From: Neoechinorhynchus agilis
Lineage: Eukaryota; Animalia; Acanthocephala
Assembly (NCBI GenBank): GCA_051530055.1
Contig: CM121342.1
Location: forward strand, 7,050,864 to 7,114,863
Length of the DNA stretch: 64,000 nt
Direction: 5' to 3'
Part shown: positions 61,450-64,000 of the stretch, in pieces
Layout of the letters: each line of letters opens with the position of its first letter
How positions within the stretch are numbered: position 1 is the first letter of the stretch
Made by a program: the position numbers and the translations under genes
The notes under the pieces: generated by a model
What the model saw: the letters and a program-made list of their open reading frames with translations, nothing else
Told to the model about the DNA's origin: nothing
The model's database searches: none

Positions 61450-62200
61450 TTACAACGCCAAAGATTCTTTTACTCAAAAATTTTGCTGTTAAGCGGTGCA
61501 GAGTTGTTCCAATTGCAATGGGACGAATCCCTTCCTCCTTTTTCGCGATGGCATACAGCGTATCGGCGACGAATTTTGCTGGCTTCGAGCGTGTCCACGA
61601 ACGTGGCGTCCCCTTGCCACGGGAATACTGCGACGCATCCGGTCTACGGCCATCGAATCGGCAAAGATTGCTCGACTCTAGGATGTTGGGCGCATTCTAA
61701 GAAGTGTAATGAGTTCCTTTTGCCCTATTGCCGGCGGCAGAAGAAGCCATGGTGTCCCGATAATTCCACGGACCCCAAGTATCAGGGACAATGTGATCTT
61801 TACTGTCTCGTCGGAGTGAAGGTTGATTGGGAAAGCGTTGAACCAAGCACCCGATTCTCTTGTAGAGACTGCCACCAATCGAGTTCGGTTCACCACGTCA
61901 CGAGAATCTGAAATTAAAGAGTTATGAATTCACGCTATCAGGGGTGAGTTCCAAACTGATTGTTTGCAACCATTGACGAGTACCAGCTCGCTGCCTGAAT
62001 CTTCACCCCAAAGATTAAGCGCCTCCACGAAATCTTCATCCAAGGTGTAATTCGCGCCAAGAAAAGACTGAACTATCCTGCGGTTTGCTTCATACGATCC
62101 CAAGTAAGCTGGCAGAGAAATATCGGCTATATTTCGGATAAATAAACCGCCGGACGACACAGGCAAGGACGTTTGACGCCCGGCCTCGTGTGACATCTGA
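61450..62200 (-). mobile_element. Rearranged, decayed CRE-like non-LTR element
   Basis: LPVSSGGLFIR...SLPAYLGS; RTRLVAVSTRESGAWFNAFP; NILESSNLCRFDGRRPD; DATFVDTL; followed by LYAIAKKEEGIRPIAIGTTLHRLTAK. Confidence 0.75.
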
Positions 62201-62409
62201 GATGTACAAAAGTCTTGTAAAGCTGGGATTTAGGAATTTGTATATTATTTGTAGCATGAAAATTTGTACAAATACTTTAGTAAGCTACAAATCGTTTATA
62301 GGTGAAAGATTCTCGAATGTTGACTACAACGTTTTTCTTTTAAGGTAACCTCTTTTATAAATATTAGGAAATCTCCGCAGCGTGATTAATTCAAGCTTTT
62401 ATGAATTTA

Positions 62410-63304
62410 TCGATTTAATATGTTCGTTTTTGTCATGCTTTGAGTGTATACTGCTGAGGCCGGTTCCACTGCTCACGTTCATCGACTGTAGTTAACCAGA
62501 AGCTTATCTTATTGGCATAAAACATGACCTGTCCAGTTGTACCGGAACATTCGATAAATGAAGTGGTCCTGAAATCTTAAAGGCAATTTCCTGGGCTTAA
62601 TAGAGACTGACCTCCGCCTTGACTACCACGAGCCAAATGCGAAAAAAAACCAGCCTTGCCATTACAGAACTGTAGCTTTGCCATTCCCATTCACCTGGAC
62701 AACTAGGCACTTGCATTGACATGCTGTGGACGGCACAACGACTGATATATGGTCTAATCAATTCATTTTCTACTGGTATCATTGGCATTTGCTCATTTGT
62801 AGATAAATAATAGGTCACATCGTTGGTTTGACCGTAGTAGCAAACGTTTGTCTGATCAAGGAAAACTTCTACGTACATGATCCGTCAGATCCCAAATCTT
62901 GCTCATATCCATATTCATTTGCATGAATCATCAAAAGACTGTATCCGTCTCATGCTTTTATTGTTCCCGGCGGGCAGAAAGGAATTTGTCGTCGATTGAG
63001 AATGACAAGTCAACATAAACCCAGTACGCTGCGGGCTGGCTCCATGTGAACCAGGAAACCCGGAGAATCAGGCTGACCAGGCAAGCCAGGGGAACCCGTC
63101 ATACCTGCCAATCCAGGCTCTCTTTTTTCTCCAATTCGACTTACCAAACCTGGTTACCGGGCAATCCAGGACTGCCGTGCATACCAAGAGATCCAACAAC
63201 ACCAGGCGAACCCGGAAATCCTCCTTCAGCTTTAGCATCTTTGTCTCCTTTAACAGATGGTCCAGATCCACACAACCCAGTTGTTCCGGGTAATCCTGAA
63301 ACAG
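62410..63304 (-). pseudogene. COL4A: Type IV collagen pseudogene (end of Gly-X-Y region plus both NC1 subdomains)
   Basis: GLPGTTG..GFPGSPGVVGSLGMHGSPGLPG; GFMLTCHSQ..QIPFCPPG; QDLGSDGSC; VCYYGQTNDVTYYLST; PYISRC; GGQSLLSPGNCL*DFR..FIEC; [10 protein letters not shown]. Stops at 62950-62952, 62869-62871, 62577-62579 and 62433-62435, several frameshifts and small deletions. Confidence 0.9.
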
Positions 63305-63869
63305 AATGCCAAATTTGGATTTTTTGTTCTGACTTCTTGATTCGTAGTTAAAAGTCCAGTTAATAATTGCTTATGAGTGTGATTTTAAAATCGGTTTAAG
63401 CGATTTAAAAGATCTATATAACACTTCTAATCATATACTCGGGTACTTTCTCACATATCGACATTTTAATGTGTTACTCCTGTTTCAAAAGCTTCACAAC
63501 AAGCAAGTGTGGTAGGCAGATATTGTTCAAGGATTAGCTTTGTTTATTGTGTTATAATGCAATTAAATATCAAATCGTCGTGACAAATGTACGCATTTCT
63601 AAAGTTATTTACCATATAAACATCGCAATAAACTAATTTTGCGGTCAAAGATACGAATATTGCGCGATTCACTCTTCGCTATATCTCGGCTATTGAATCT
63701 TCGGAGTTTTCGATTTAACCCAAAAATATAGCGATTTTAAATTAGTAAGCGCTTACATTTTATCTTTCAATAAACGACATTTAACTTCAATTTTTAACTT
63801 GTTATTTAATCTTTCTTTTTTGGAAGTATTCTAAATGCTTCAGCACCTGTTTGAAGTTCAATAATCTAT

Positions 63870-64000
63870 ATAATACGTTTATTGAAAATACAAAGAAAGG
63901 TTTGGGAGGACCCATGTACTTTGGGTCCTCATCCGTTAATATGGGAATATGCAGTCGAGGGATGTCCGTTCGGGAGGTAATATCTGATCGGAGGGATGTC
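63870..64000 (-). mobile_element. Probable LINE 3' end (continues off the window) with terminal stem-loop
   Basis: Perfect 9-bp hairpin GAGGACCCA-TGTACTT-TGGGTCCTC (63906-63930), homologous to 22672-22695, next to an AATAAACGT-like end. Confidence 0.5.

Noticed and set aside
63046-63351. Pro-rich + strand ORF and other antisense or overlapping ORFs over RyR, PKA, Nup96 and the LINEs
   Set aside because: These are antisense or alternative-frame shadows of real coding sequence (the PG pattern is the reverse of Gly-X-Y).

Overview
This is animal (invertebrate-type) nuclear DNA: AT-rich, with very short spliceosomal introns (mostly about 34-55 nt) and dense repeats. I found no prokaryotic features, CRISPR array, rRNA or tRNA, and I cannot identify the species from sequence alone. 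Genes: (1) a TDRD9/spindle-E piRNA helicase (minus strand, runs off the left edge) whose coding exon is split by a 383-bp hAT-type MITE with an 8-bp target-site duplication; (2) an intact PKA catalytic subunit with two alternative first exons; (3) a Nup98-96-like gene with the autoproteolytic HFS domain and Nup96 but no FG repeats; (4) an apparently intact ryanodine receptor of about 22.7 kb; (5) a possible small spliced orphan gene; (6) a multiply disabled type IV collagen. Between them lie decayed Penelope-like, CRE-like (RLE) and CR1/L2-like retroelements, MITEs and several tandem arrays. The main unexplained signals are: a family of minimal type I hammerhead ribozymes (core CTGAnGA-N-stemII-GAAA-TA-TY), including a 118-nt tandem dimer and copies at Penelope 3' ends; intronic tandem arrays in TDRD9, PKA and RyR built from copies of the host gene's own exon/intron junctions; and the transposon knock-out of a transposon-silencing gene. 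All calls come from manual reading and recalled family motifs; no database searches were run.
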